Shown piece after piece: positions 8,872 through 16,693 of a stretch of 61,495 nucleotides of DNA. Each line of letters begins with the position of its first letter. Within the stretch, counting starts at the first letter, position 1. Origin of the DNA: a virus; the UHGV virus genome UHGV-0177730; one strand, 5' to 3'. The position numbers and the translations under genes were made by a program. Below the pieces are notes generated by a model. That model ran no database searches, had not been told where the DNA came from, and worked only from the letters and a program-made list of their open reading frames with translations.

Positions 8872-9153
8872 ATGCTTAACGCTAACTATAAGGTCATTGT
8901 TCATGGTAAATACCTGCATAAAAAGACAGGTTATGTCAAGGGGCATATGTGTATTGTCAAGATGTTCTATTTAAAAAAAAATATAGTCAATTGGGTAAGG
9001 GAACAAATCAACATGCCGGATACCAAGCCGACTTGTGTCCAGTTCTTTTACAGAAAAAATCATGTCTGGGAACTTAAGGCTAAAGTGCGAGTCAAGATTC
9101 CTGTTGACAAACGCAAGAGACGCACGCTTGTATGGGGGGGTCAGTATGTTTGA
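8872..9153 (+). CDS. Hypothetical protein
   Basis: GGAGGT lies 7 nt upstream of ATG 8872 (track ORF starts at 8848). Confidence 0.4.
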   Translation: MLNANYKVIVHGKYLHKKTGYVKGHMCIVKMFYLKKNIVNWVREQINMPDTKPTCVQFFYRKNHVWELKAKVRVKIPVDKRKRRTLVWGGQYV

Positions 9154-9256
9154 AATAATACTTCTGATTATTGTGTCTTTTACACTAGGCATGTGTACCA
9201 TGTACCTGTGGAATGAACATACCAACAAGCGCAACACTTACAGGAGAAGGCCATGA
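9146..9256 (+). CDS. Small membrane protein (36 aa, one predicted TM helix)
   Basis: MFEIILLIIVSFTLGMCTMYLW. ATG at 9146 overlaps the stop of the previous gene. Confidence 0.3.
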   Translation: MFEIILLIIVSFTLGMCTMYLWNEHTNKRNTYRRRP

Positions 9257-9402
9257 ACAAGCGTACAATTCTTTTCTTTTTTCTGTTGTTTGTGTTGCTG
9301 TTTCTCACTGGATGCGCAACATGGAATACCACAGATGCATGTGTTGGTATAGTTGACGCTATTGCTAAGGCTATAAATGCTAGTCAGTTTCTGAGGTTAT
9401 AA
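9253..9402 (+). CDS. Small lipoprotein (49 aa), not in the ORF track
   Basis: MNKRTILFFFLLFVLLFLTGC: signal peptide with lipobox L-T-G-C. AGGAGA lies 6 nt upstream. The ATGA start overlaps the previous stop. Confidence 0.5.
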   Translation: MNKRTILFFFLLFVLLFLTGCATWNTTDACVGIVDAIAKAINASQFLRL

Positions 9403-9584
9403 AGAATGCTACAACCTTGTCTTGACCGAATGGTCAGTAAGCTGGCTACGGATTGCATGGCACAGCGTGCGCGACGTTTCTTTTATAAGGACTGGTATGC
9501 ACAGAACTACAGCTACTGCTATGATTACATCATTCAGCTTAGTGCTACTATGTCACAACATCCATACACCAAAGGTAGGTCTGT

Positions 9585-9926
9585 ATGTTTAAGCATTTTA
9601 AGACATCTGTTTTCGCTGGCGTTCTTTGTAGTACGGTATTGCTTTCTGTCATGCCGTCTCTGGGTCTTGCGGAAACTGTCAGGAACTTCCATGACCCCGA
9701 AGGGAGACTCTTCGAAGAATACCAGTATGTTCCAGTGGCATTGAGAGCCAGAGCCAAGATGCTGTTCGATAAGGGTCGCTTCCTGAACACGGGTGTGCAT
9801 AAAGCCCTTGAGAATCTGGTTGACCTTCAGGCGGCAGAGGAAGTGCGTTTCGCGTGGATTCTTGCTGACCTTCTCGTACATATGGATGTGATGAAGGAAT
9901 GCATTAATCGTAGTACTCTCAACTAA
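9585..9926 (+). CDS. Secreted/periplasmic protein with N-terminal signal peptide
   Basis: MFKHFKTSVFAGVLCSTVLLSVMPSLGLA-ETV. The overlapping ORF 9406..9744 in another frame is unresolved. Confidence 0.45.
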   Translation: MFKHFKTSVFAGVLCSTVLLSVMPSLGLAETVRNFHDPEGRLFEEYQYVPVALRARAKMLFDKGRFLNTGVHKALENLVDLQAAEEVRFAWILADLLVHMDVMKECINRSTLN

Positions 9927-9932
9927 GGAGCT

Positions 9933-10214
9933 GTGATGTTTACGCTTGAAGAATTTGGTGAGCTCAGACACTTGTGGTTGAAGTACAATATTGAGCTTAA
10001 ACACTGCTATATCTATGAAGAAAGGTACGGCAAAAGAATACCCATTGACCTTGACCTCAAGCGTATGAGGCAGTGTCATAAGCGGATACTTGCAGTAGAC
10101 CGTGCACTCAAATGTCTCATTGCATGTCATCCCTCTGAAGTGTTTGATGCATTCGTCTGTCCTACTGTTTGCCTACACTTCAGTGATGCCCTTACTCGCC
10201 ATGACAATGCCTGA
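9933..10214 (+). CDS. Hypothetical Cys/His-containing protein, paralog A
   Basis: RQCHKRILAVDRALKCLIACHP...FVCP; paralogous to 10778..11056. Confidence 0.55.
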   Translation: MMFTLEEFGELRHLWLKYNIELKHCYIYEERYGKRIPIDLDLKRMRQCHKRILAVDRALKCLIACHPSEVFDAFVCPTVCLHFSDALTRHDNA

Positions 10215-10247
10215 ATAAATTAGGCGTCATATATAAGGAGATAACAT

Positions 10248-10556
10248 ATGAACACCAACGAAAATCAACTGCTCAACTCCCTGCTTGTCCTCGCTGCCCT
10301 CGCCAATGTCTCCCCTGAAAAACTGAAGGAGTACGCCAACGCCCTGTCCCTGAAGAACATGTCCACGAATGTCCGAAGCGACGATAGGTTCAGTGACGCG
10401 GACATTATCCGCAGTGCATTGGGTCTGCTGCGCGTGTATCGTGATGAAACCATTGCACACATGGCTGTGTTTGAGAAGCAGCCTTTCTTGAGAAAGGTTA
10501 CTCCTGCCATCGGTGTGCTGGAAGACTGCTTGGAATATTATTCTAACAAGGAGTAG
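10248..10556 (+). CDS. Hypothetical protein
   Basis: ORF with AAGGAG upstream of the ATG. Confidence 0.45.
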   Translation: MNTNENQLLNSLLVLAALANVSPEKLKEYANALSLKNMSTNVRSDDRFSDADIIRSALGLLRVYRDETIAHMAVFEKQPFLRKVTPAIGVLEDCLEYYSNKE

Positions 10557-10558
10557 GT

Positions 10559-10762
10559 ATGCCTAATACAGTTATGGCGGAGTTGAAAAGGATACTTGAT
10601 ATCTTTGAGCATTACCAAAACAAAACTTGGCGTGAACACCATGTCAACAAACGTACCTATGGTGAACGCGATGCAGATATTAAGTCTGCAAGCAGCCTGA
10701 TTACGGACCTCATGTCTTGTCCTGAGTTCAAGGAAGCCATGAAGGACTTCGATAACAATTAA
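10559..10762 (+). CDS. Hypothetical protein (67 aa)
   Basis: ORF with AGGAG upstream, tightly packed with its neighbours. Confidence 0.4.
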   Translation: MPNTVMAELKRILDIFEHYQNKTWREHHVNKRTYGERDADIKSASSLITDLMSCPEFKEAMKDFDNN

Positions 10763-10777
10763 CAAAGGAAGTAAGAG

Positions 10778-11056
10778 ATGCTTTCTCTTTTTGAGTTTAA
10801 TGATCTCAGGGCTTTATGGCTCCTGTTCATGCAAGACCTTAAGTCTTGCTACCGATACATAGAAAAGGACGACAAGAGATGTTTGACGAATATCGACCCC
10901 ATGCACACGAGGCGGTGCCACAAAAGGGTAATTGCTGTTGAGCGTGCGCTTAAATGTCTTATTGCAGCGAATCCCGCAGCAATCTTTTACACCTTTGTTT
11001 GTCCTGACATCAGTTTGGCTCACATCAAAGCCATTGTCCACCACAACAGAACCTGA
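10778..11056 (+). CDS. Hypothetical Cys/His-containing protein, paralog B
   Basis: RRCHKRVIAVERALKCLIAANP...FVCP; paralogous to 9933..10214. Confidence 0.55.
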   Translation: MLSLFEFNDLRALWLLFMQDLKSCYRYIEKDDKRCLTNIDPMHTRRCHKRVIAVERALKCLIAANPAAIFYTFVCPDISLAHIKAIVHHNRT

Positions 11057-11235
11057 ATAACTCAGGTGTTATATAAACAAGGACTACAACATGGAGGTAG
11101 ACTACCTAGCTATCTTTGACTACATGCTTAGGTTTGGACTCTGTGATGAGTCCGACAGACCGCAGGCAGTAGAACTTGTAGAGGACTGGCTCAACATCTA
11201 CAGAGAAACTAATGAACAACAAGGAGATACATTCT

Positions 11236-11634
11236 ATGGGAACACCCGTTGGTTCTGCTACGCTTGACAACGAGATTGTCAAGTTCTTTGAGGAACTGAT
11301 TGAGTTCTACGGACATGGCAGTCCGCAGGCCCGCATCATTGAGCGGGTCAAACGCAGGCTGGAACTTGTTCCTGTCGGTGACAAGTATGAACGCCTGTGC
11401 CCCACATGCAAATGTCCTGTGTGTGGCAAGACCAGATCGCAAGCAGCTGCCATTGCACGTGAACGCCAGCGCCGGGGTAAGGCCAAGTACTATGGGCATA
11501 AATATCCCGGCATGGGTATGGAACTATCGCAACCTGATGAAGACATTCCGGTGAAGTCTGTCGGCTTCTCTGTCCTCGACATCGGTAAAGCTGAAGCCGA
11601 TGCCGTAGCCTACATCTCTAAGTTGGGCAAGTAA
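11236..11634 (+). CDS. Hypothetical protein with a CxxC...CxxC zinc-ribbon motif
   Basis: AAGGAGA upstream of ATG 11236. Contains CPTCKCPVCGK. Confidence 0.45.
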   Translation: MGTPVGSATLDNEIVKFFEELIEFYGHGSPQARIIERVKRRLELVPVGDKYERLCPTCKCPVCGKTRSQAAAIARERQRRGKAKYYGHKYPGMGMELSQPDEDIPVKSVGFSVLDIGKAEADAVAYISKLGK

Positions 11635-11702
11635 CATCTGTTACTGTACCATATACGCACATACAACGAACTGCAACCATCAAACCATTAGGAGTACTTA
11701 CT

Positions 11703-12752
11703 ATGTCCATGCGCAACATCTTCAAGATCGTCCTCGACTCCAACGCTGAAGCTGGCAAGCTCGTGACCGCCCGTATCGCTGGTAAGGCTGCGAAGGAAGC
11801 TCTCTTTGCCAATCCCACCGTGTTGCAGGGTGTGCTCACGTCCTCCGCTGTGCTGACCGCTGCCTCCCTCGCTGACCCGGACACCGCCCACGGCAAAGCC
11901 CTTCACTACCTCGGCCTCGGCATGACGATGGACGCCGCCGATGAACTCCTGCGTGTGTGCGACGAGGCGGGTGTGTTCCAGATGCGTGGCACTGCTGAAG
12001 ACAGCGCGACCGCCGACATGCAGGCCGTGGTTTCCAAGACCTTCGACTCCAAGCCTTTCCTCCAGATGCTCGGTGTTTTGCCCAAGGCTGACGGCAACAA
12101 GGAAACCAAGCCCCGGTTCTCCACGCAGGCCAAGCCTGCCGGTGTCACTGCCAACGCCATCGAGAATCCCAACAAGACCGAAGCCAAGGAAGAAGTCACC
12201 GATAAGCCTGTGTCTGTGAAGGTCGGCCCCGAAGTGGCTACGCCTGTTATCCTGCCCACCAAGGACGGCAAGGAAGCAAAGGCCGAGAAGCCTGTGCTGT
12301 GCTGCGCCTTTGAAGGTTGCGGCAGTGTGCTCCGCAAGGTGGCTGAACAGAAGCCCTTCCATCTGCCCACTGATAAGGACACGCAGAAGTACATCACCGA
12401 TGATGAGCGCAAGCTGGAAGGCAGCTACCTCTGCAAGTTCCACCGTGACGTGGTGACCAAGGCTATCCAGAAGCGCAAGAACGATGACCGCATGAACAAG
12501 GTTCGTGAACAGCGGCTGTCCGAAGCCACGGAAGAACTGACCAATGTGGAAGCCGAACTGCGTGAAGGCGAAAAGGCTCTCGCTGCCAGCGAAAAGACCA
12601 TCACCAAGATCAACGACCCCATCATCAAGTCCGGTGCTGAGAAGGCTTTGGAAGAAAAGCGCAACAGCATCCAGAACCTGCGTAAGCGCAGCATCGCTCT
12701 TCAGAACAAGTGCAAGCAGATCTCCGACGAGATCGCCAAGGCCAGCAAGTAA
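11703..12752 (+). CDS. Hypothetical protein, GC-rich gene with coiled-coil C-terminus
   Basis: 349 aa, RBS GGAG upstream. The antisense 402-aa ORF 11688..12896 is a low-complexity mirror. Confidence 0.55.
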   Translation: MSMRNIFKIVLDSNAEAGKLVTARIAGKAAKEALFANPTVLQGVLTSSAVLTAASLADPDTAHGKALHYLGLGMTMDAADELLRVCDEAGVFQMRGTAEDSATADMQAVVSKTFDSKPFLQMLGVLPKADGNKETKPRFSTQAKPAGVTANAIENPNKTEAKEEVTDKPVSVKVGPEVATPVILPTKDGKEAKAEKPVLCCAFEGCGSVLRKVAEQKPFHLPTDKDTQKYITDDERKLEGSYLCKFHRDVVTKAIQKRKNDDRMNKVREQRLSEATEELTNVEAELREGEKALAASEKTITKINDPIIKSGAEKALEEKRNSIQNLRKRSIALQNKCKQISDEIAKASK

Positions 12753-12782
12753 CACACTGAAACTCGTGGAGGTATGTAACAC

Positions 12783-13283
12783 ATGAACAAAAACAATGAG
12801 TTTATCATCGACGTGGAAGAAGCTCATGAACCCATGGGTTTCGGTGCCAAGGTCATCGGCCTTGCCAAAAGCGTGACCAGTTCTCCCACCATGCACCGTC
12901 AGATTGACAAGACCAAGGAAGCTGGTGTTGTTATTACCAAGCTCGCCGCTGGTCGGCTGGTTCTGAACAACGTGACCGATGTGATTGCGTCCGGCCTGCC
13001 TTGGGGCATGGGTGGATTCATCAAATCCAACCCTCTGAATGAGGCTCTGTTTAAGTTCAGCTTAGCTCAGGCCTTGTCCATCATGGGTGGTGCGTTCGTC
13101 TCGAATGTTGGTGAAGACGACCCGAAAGCCAAGTACTTCATGACGGCCATCGACGCGGCCACGCTCGCTTCTGTCGATGCTTTGCGTGAAGCCTCCGGCA
13201 TTGAAGAGTTCATCATGTCCAAGATTCTGACCAAGGATGTGATGGATAAGATCAAGCCTCTCGTCAACTCCCATCCTATGTAA
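12783..13283 (+). CDS. Hypothetical protein
   Basis: 166-aa ORF, GGAGG upstream. Confidence 0.5.
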   Translation: MNKNNEFIIDVEEAHEPMGFGAKVIGLAKSVTSSPTMHRQIDKTKEAGVVITKLAAGRLVLNNVTDVIASGLPWGMGGFIKSNPLNEALFKFSLAQALSIMGGAFVSNVGEDDPKAKYFMTAIDAATLASVDALREASGIEEFIMSKILTKDVMDKIKPLVNSHPM

Positions 13284-13293
13284 CCCATAACAA

Positions 13294-13325
13294 GCAGGGC
13301 CGGGGCAACTCGGCCTTGTTTGGAA
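13294..13325 (+). terminator. Probable rho-independent terminator
   Basis: caag-ca-GGCCG gggcaact CGGCC ttgtttgg. Confidence 0.45.
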
Positions 13326-13728
13326 CTAGGTTGCAAGTGAAAGGAGTAAGGCAGGCACTGTCGTGTACAAGAGAGCAAATGCAACTGGTAGGTTGCAGCC
13401 TCCGCACAAGGTACGCTCCACCGAACGTGTAGACTTAGGGTGGCTAATGAATTGTTGGTTAGGTAAACGCTTTGCAAACTTGTGTATCAGAGTGAGGTGT
13501 AGAATCCTCGATGGCTGCTGATACTGTGCTCAATGTCGGCACATCAAAACAAACTACGGATACACAACTTGTGTTTTGGGTCGAACACAGAGCTAGTGGA
13601 TGACGCAAGTAACATGAGTACCGGCTAGCCATGCCGCGAAGTTGTTACTGAATATGGCAGGTAAGATAATCTAGCAATGTGCATCATGTCCTTCATAAGA
13701 TCAACTTACTGACTACAAGGAGCCAGTC

Positions 13729-14136
13729 ATGTTTGATATACTAGGAGAACTCATGGTGTCCAGCCCTGCAGTGCGACAAGTCTATCTGCATGGTGGTGCA
13801 CTGGTGGTTGGCGTGGGGATGTGTGCTTTTACTCTGGCACGATATAGAGAGTACAAGTATTGCAGACACGTGTTGACGGAGGAACTTAACAAGCTGTACT
13901 CGATGGGCATCATCATGAGAACCGTTGCGTTCACATGTGAAACCAGCTTGGTGATGGCTGATCTCATCGAAGCTATGGCTACAACTAGGAGTAGATGGTA
14001 TGTCTTACACCTCGTTGTTCGGTCACTGCGAAGAACCCCCGTAAAGGAGATGCTGCTGGATGCTCTGCATGTGAACAAGGTACAACCTCTGACTGGACTT
14101 AAGAGAGTCAAGGCTTTGTTCACACCAGCATTCTAG
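13729..14136 (+). CDS. Hypothetical protein
   Basis: 135-aa ORF, AAGGAG upstream. Confidence 0.4.
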   Translation: MFDILGELMVSSPAVRQVYLHGGALVVGVGMCAFTLARYREYKYCRHVLTEELNKLYSMGIIMRTVAFTCETSLVMADLIEAMATTRSRWYVLHLVVRSLRRTPVKEMLLDALHVNKVQPLTGLKRVKALFTPAF

Positions 14137-14219
14137 CTTTATATCTTTAACATCTACTCGGGCTGGGGTTGGTTGCTCTCTGCTAATCCCAGTCCGTTTA
14201 CATAACAAGGAGAAAGTTT

Positions 14220-14504
14220 ATGGCTACGTATCATGACAAGTTGGATTACTGGTCTCAGAAAGACCCTTATGCTCCCCCTCGATTCCTTCCGAAGAAGTCG
14301 CCTCAGCTCACCGAAGAAGAGGTGGAAGAGTGGAAGCTGAAGAATGCAGGTAACTTTATCACCTGTCCTAAGTCTGGCACCAGTCTCTTGAGGAGCAACT
14401 GTGGCAAACTGCTGATGTGTTATCAGCAAGGGACGTGCTATCATGTGGACTACACCAACTTTGACAAGAACATTCAACGAAAAGCATACGACTTCAACGG
14501 GTAA
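14220..14504 (+). CDS. Hypothetical protein
   Basis: 94-aa ORF, AAGGAGA upstream. Confidence 0.4.
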   Translation: MATYHDKLDYWSQKDPYAPPRFLPKKSPQLTEEEVEEWKLKNAGNFITCPKSGTSLLRSNCGKLLMCYQQGTCYHVDYTNFDKNIQRKAYDFNG

Positions 14505-14583
14505 CAAAGTTGAAGTGTGGCAGGTGTAGAGGCAGGGACGTTCCTTGTCTCTTTCCTGTCACACTTTAACAAAGGAGAGCCTT

Positions 14584-14733
14584 ATGTTCCGTTTCCTGAA
14601 GCCCGTTGTGTATGCCGTCATCGCCGCCGTCGCTGGTTCCTTCGCTTTCAAGGAAGGCAAGCAGGCGCTGTTCCCGGCCCCGGCTTCCGACCAGACCGTT
14701 GATGTCAAGCCGGTGGAGGACAAGAAGGACTAG
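14584..14733 (+). CDS. Small membrane protein (49 aa)
   Basis: AAAGGAGAG upstream of ATG 14584. Contains the TM segment LKPVVYAVIAAVAGSFAF. GC-rich. Confidence 0.4.
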   Translation: MFRFLKPVVYAVIAAVAGSFAFKEGKQALFPAPASDQTVDVKPVEDKKD

Positions 14734-14768
14734 TTCCCTTCTTTAACCTTTAACTAGGAGAGGTTGCT

Positions 14769-15173
14769 GTGAGTGTTGACCAAGACGCCTTAGACATCCT
14801 TTGTGAAGTCTTCGATGATAGAGTAGAGGATGTCATGTCAAGTCGTGACAACCTCTCCTACACTCAGTACGATGACGATGGCTATCCAGTAGGTGCTGCT
14901 ATCTATGATGTGTATGTAAAGGATGAACCACTGCCATTTGTATATATATCATGGCTTGGGGTGCGCTACCGTGGTATCGGTATCGGAGGACGGATACTTA
15001 GATACTTGCATCAGCAGTTCCCTAAGTACTGGTTCGTTTTGAGTACACGCAAGGCGAACTTAAACGCCATCAGATTCTATCAACACCTCGGGTATGAAAT
15101 AACTGGAGACTTGCCCGGGTGTCCTCACTTCTATCATCTCCAGCGTAAACCTGAAAAGGAGTTCACAACATGA
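14769..15173 (+). CDS. GNAT-family N-acetyltransferase
   Basis: Acetyl-CoA binding motif VRYRGIGIGGRILRYL and ANLNAIRFYQHLGYE; GTG start. Confidence 0.65.
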   Translation: MSVDQDALDILCEVFDDRVEDVMSSRDNLSYTQYDDDGYPVGAAIYDVYVKDEPLPFVYISWLGVRYRGIGIGGRILRYLHQQFPKYWFVLSTRKANLNAIRFYQHLGYEITGDLPGCPHFYHLQRKPEKEFTT

Positions 15174-15736
15174 GTGGTGATCAGAACAATAACCAGAACC
15201 AGCAGAAACAGAAAGGTGGCAATCAGAACGGTGCGAAAGAAGGCATCACCATTGCCACTTCTGTCGTCCCGTCTCAGCCCACCACCATTGGCCAGCAGGT
15301 ACAGAACGCCGTGGTCACCTGCATTGGCGGCGTTGTCGCTGCGATGGCGTGCGCCGGTGTGCAGAAAGGCTTCGACTGGGTTGTTGGTAAATGGACTGGG
15401 CGCAAGGTTCGCCCCGTCTTCAACGTGACTCCCACCGGCCCTGTTGGTGGCTCCTGCAACATCATGCAGGAACTGCACACTGCTGCGGGAACCAATCCCG
15501 ATGAAGCCAAGCGTGCTATCCAGTCCGTGGCCAAGCGTCTCGGTATGCAGGTCGGCCAGCCTGCCCCTGCTCCTGTAACTGTCGACGCTGGTGTGGTGGA
15601 AATGACTCCTCCCACTCCGGCCCCGGCTCCTGCTCCGGCTCCCACCGCCGTCGATGTGGTTCCCAGTGAAGCCACTCTCAAGGTGGAGACCAAGCAGCCC
15701 AAGCCTCAGCAACAGGGCAAAGGCGGTAAGAAATAG
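15170..15736 (+). CDS. Hypothetical low-complexity protein (Q/N-rich N-terminus, PAPAPAPAP tract), GC-rich
   Basis: 188-aa ORF with GGAG upstream. Confidence 0.45.
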   Translation: MSGDQNNNQNQQKQKGGNQNGAKEGITIATSVVPSQPTTIGQQVQNAVVTCIGGVVAAMACAGVQKGFDWVVGKWTGRKVRPVFNVTPTGPVGGSCNIMQELHTAAGTNPDEAKRAIQSVAKRLGMQVGQPAPAPVTVDAGVVEMTPPTPAPAPAPAPTAVDVVPSEATLKVETKQPKPQQQGKGGKK

Positions 15737-15897
15737 TGTGGTGGGATGCTCTGAAACTCTTTGGTAAAGGTCTCTTTTACTTCGGCATGTCCGGCTTATA
15801 CGCGTGGTTCGGTGTCAAAGAACTGAACAACGAGTATGACAAAGCTATTGACGCAGAAGTTAAAAGGCTGTCCGACAAGAAGAACTAACCTCTAGCA

Positions 15898-16008
15898 CAT
15901 AGCAGGACTCATACGTACTAGGTGCGACTAGTCGCGTAACGGGGTCTTGTGTAGGGATAGCACCTCCACATGAGGTTGTCTTGTGTGGGATGTGTGAGTC
16001 CTGCTATG
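15898..16008. repeat. 14-bp perfect inverted repeat (catagcaggactca / tgagtcctgctatg) separated by 83 bp, enclosing the 12-bp palindrome gcgactagtcgc (15924-15935)
   Basis: Seen directly in the intergenic region. Confidence 0.5.
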
Positions 16009-16141
16009 CAACTAGGGATTAGATCAACGTGCTATTCTCCTAGCGTTGCCGACGCAGTACAGTCATGTTTACCAAGTTTAGCGTATACTTGTGACCATGA
16101 TGTTTGGTACTCATCACGTTTCAACTCACGAGGTTTTTCTT

Positions 16142-16585
16142 ATGTGTTACTTCGCTCCCTGCCACTGCTCCACGAATGCCCACATTGCCATGCCCGCCCC
16201 TGTTCGTCCTTCTGTCAAGCGTGGTGCTCTGCTCCGCGCTGTCAGCGGTGAAAAGGTCGGTGACATGTACATGCTGGTTCGTGAAGCGACTGGTGTGTAT
16301 GCTAAGGACGCAGCCGGTAACAACATCGGTGCCCCGAAGAATCTCTTCAATCTCGTCAACCTGACGAACGAAGGGAAGACTCGTGTGTCTCGGCCCCAGC
16401 GCAAGCTGGTCTGGGGACATGACGAAGTACCAATGGATGTGATTGAGCAGCACTTTGGCTTCCAGATGGTTCCTGTTGCTGACAACATCAGCAAGATCGA
16501 ACCTCTGCTCAAGGGCGTAGGCATGAACCTTCACGCTGCCAAGATTCGTGAAGAACAGTCTGCCTTGATGTACCGCCTGTTCTAA
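16142..16585 (+). CDS. Hypothetical protein
   Basis: GAGG upstream of ATG 16142 (track ORF starts at 16091). Confidence 0.45.
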   Translation: MCYFAPCHCSTNAHIAMPAPVRPSVKRGALLRAVSGEKVGDMYMLVREATGVYAKDAAGNNIGAPKNLFNLVNLTNEGKTRVSRPQRKLVWGHDEVPMDVIEQHFGFQMVPVADNISKIEPLLKGVGMNLHAAKIREEQSALMYRLF

Positions 16586-16693
16586 TCTTTAAACCTGCTG
16601 GCCCATGTGTACTCTTCGAGAAAGCCCCGACTCTATATGTGTCAATTGCCCAAAGAACATAGTGCACATGGGCTGGTTTCTTTGGAGGTTTGT

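Noticed and set aside
11688-12896. 402-aa minus-strand ORF and other long antisense ORFs (7380..8282, 15134..15712, 15274..15702, 16121..16534)
   Set aside because: All lie antisense to GC-rich plus-strand genes that have RBSs and operon context. Their translations are G/L/V/R-rich low-complexity mirrors typical of high-GC antisense frames.
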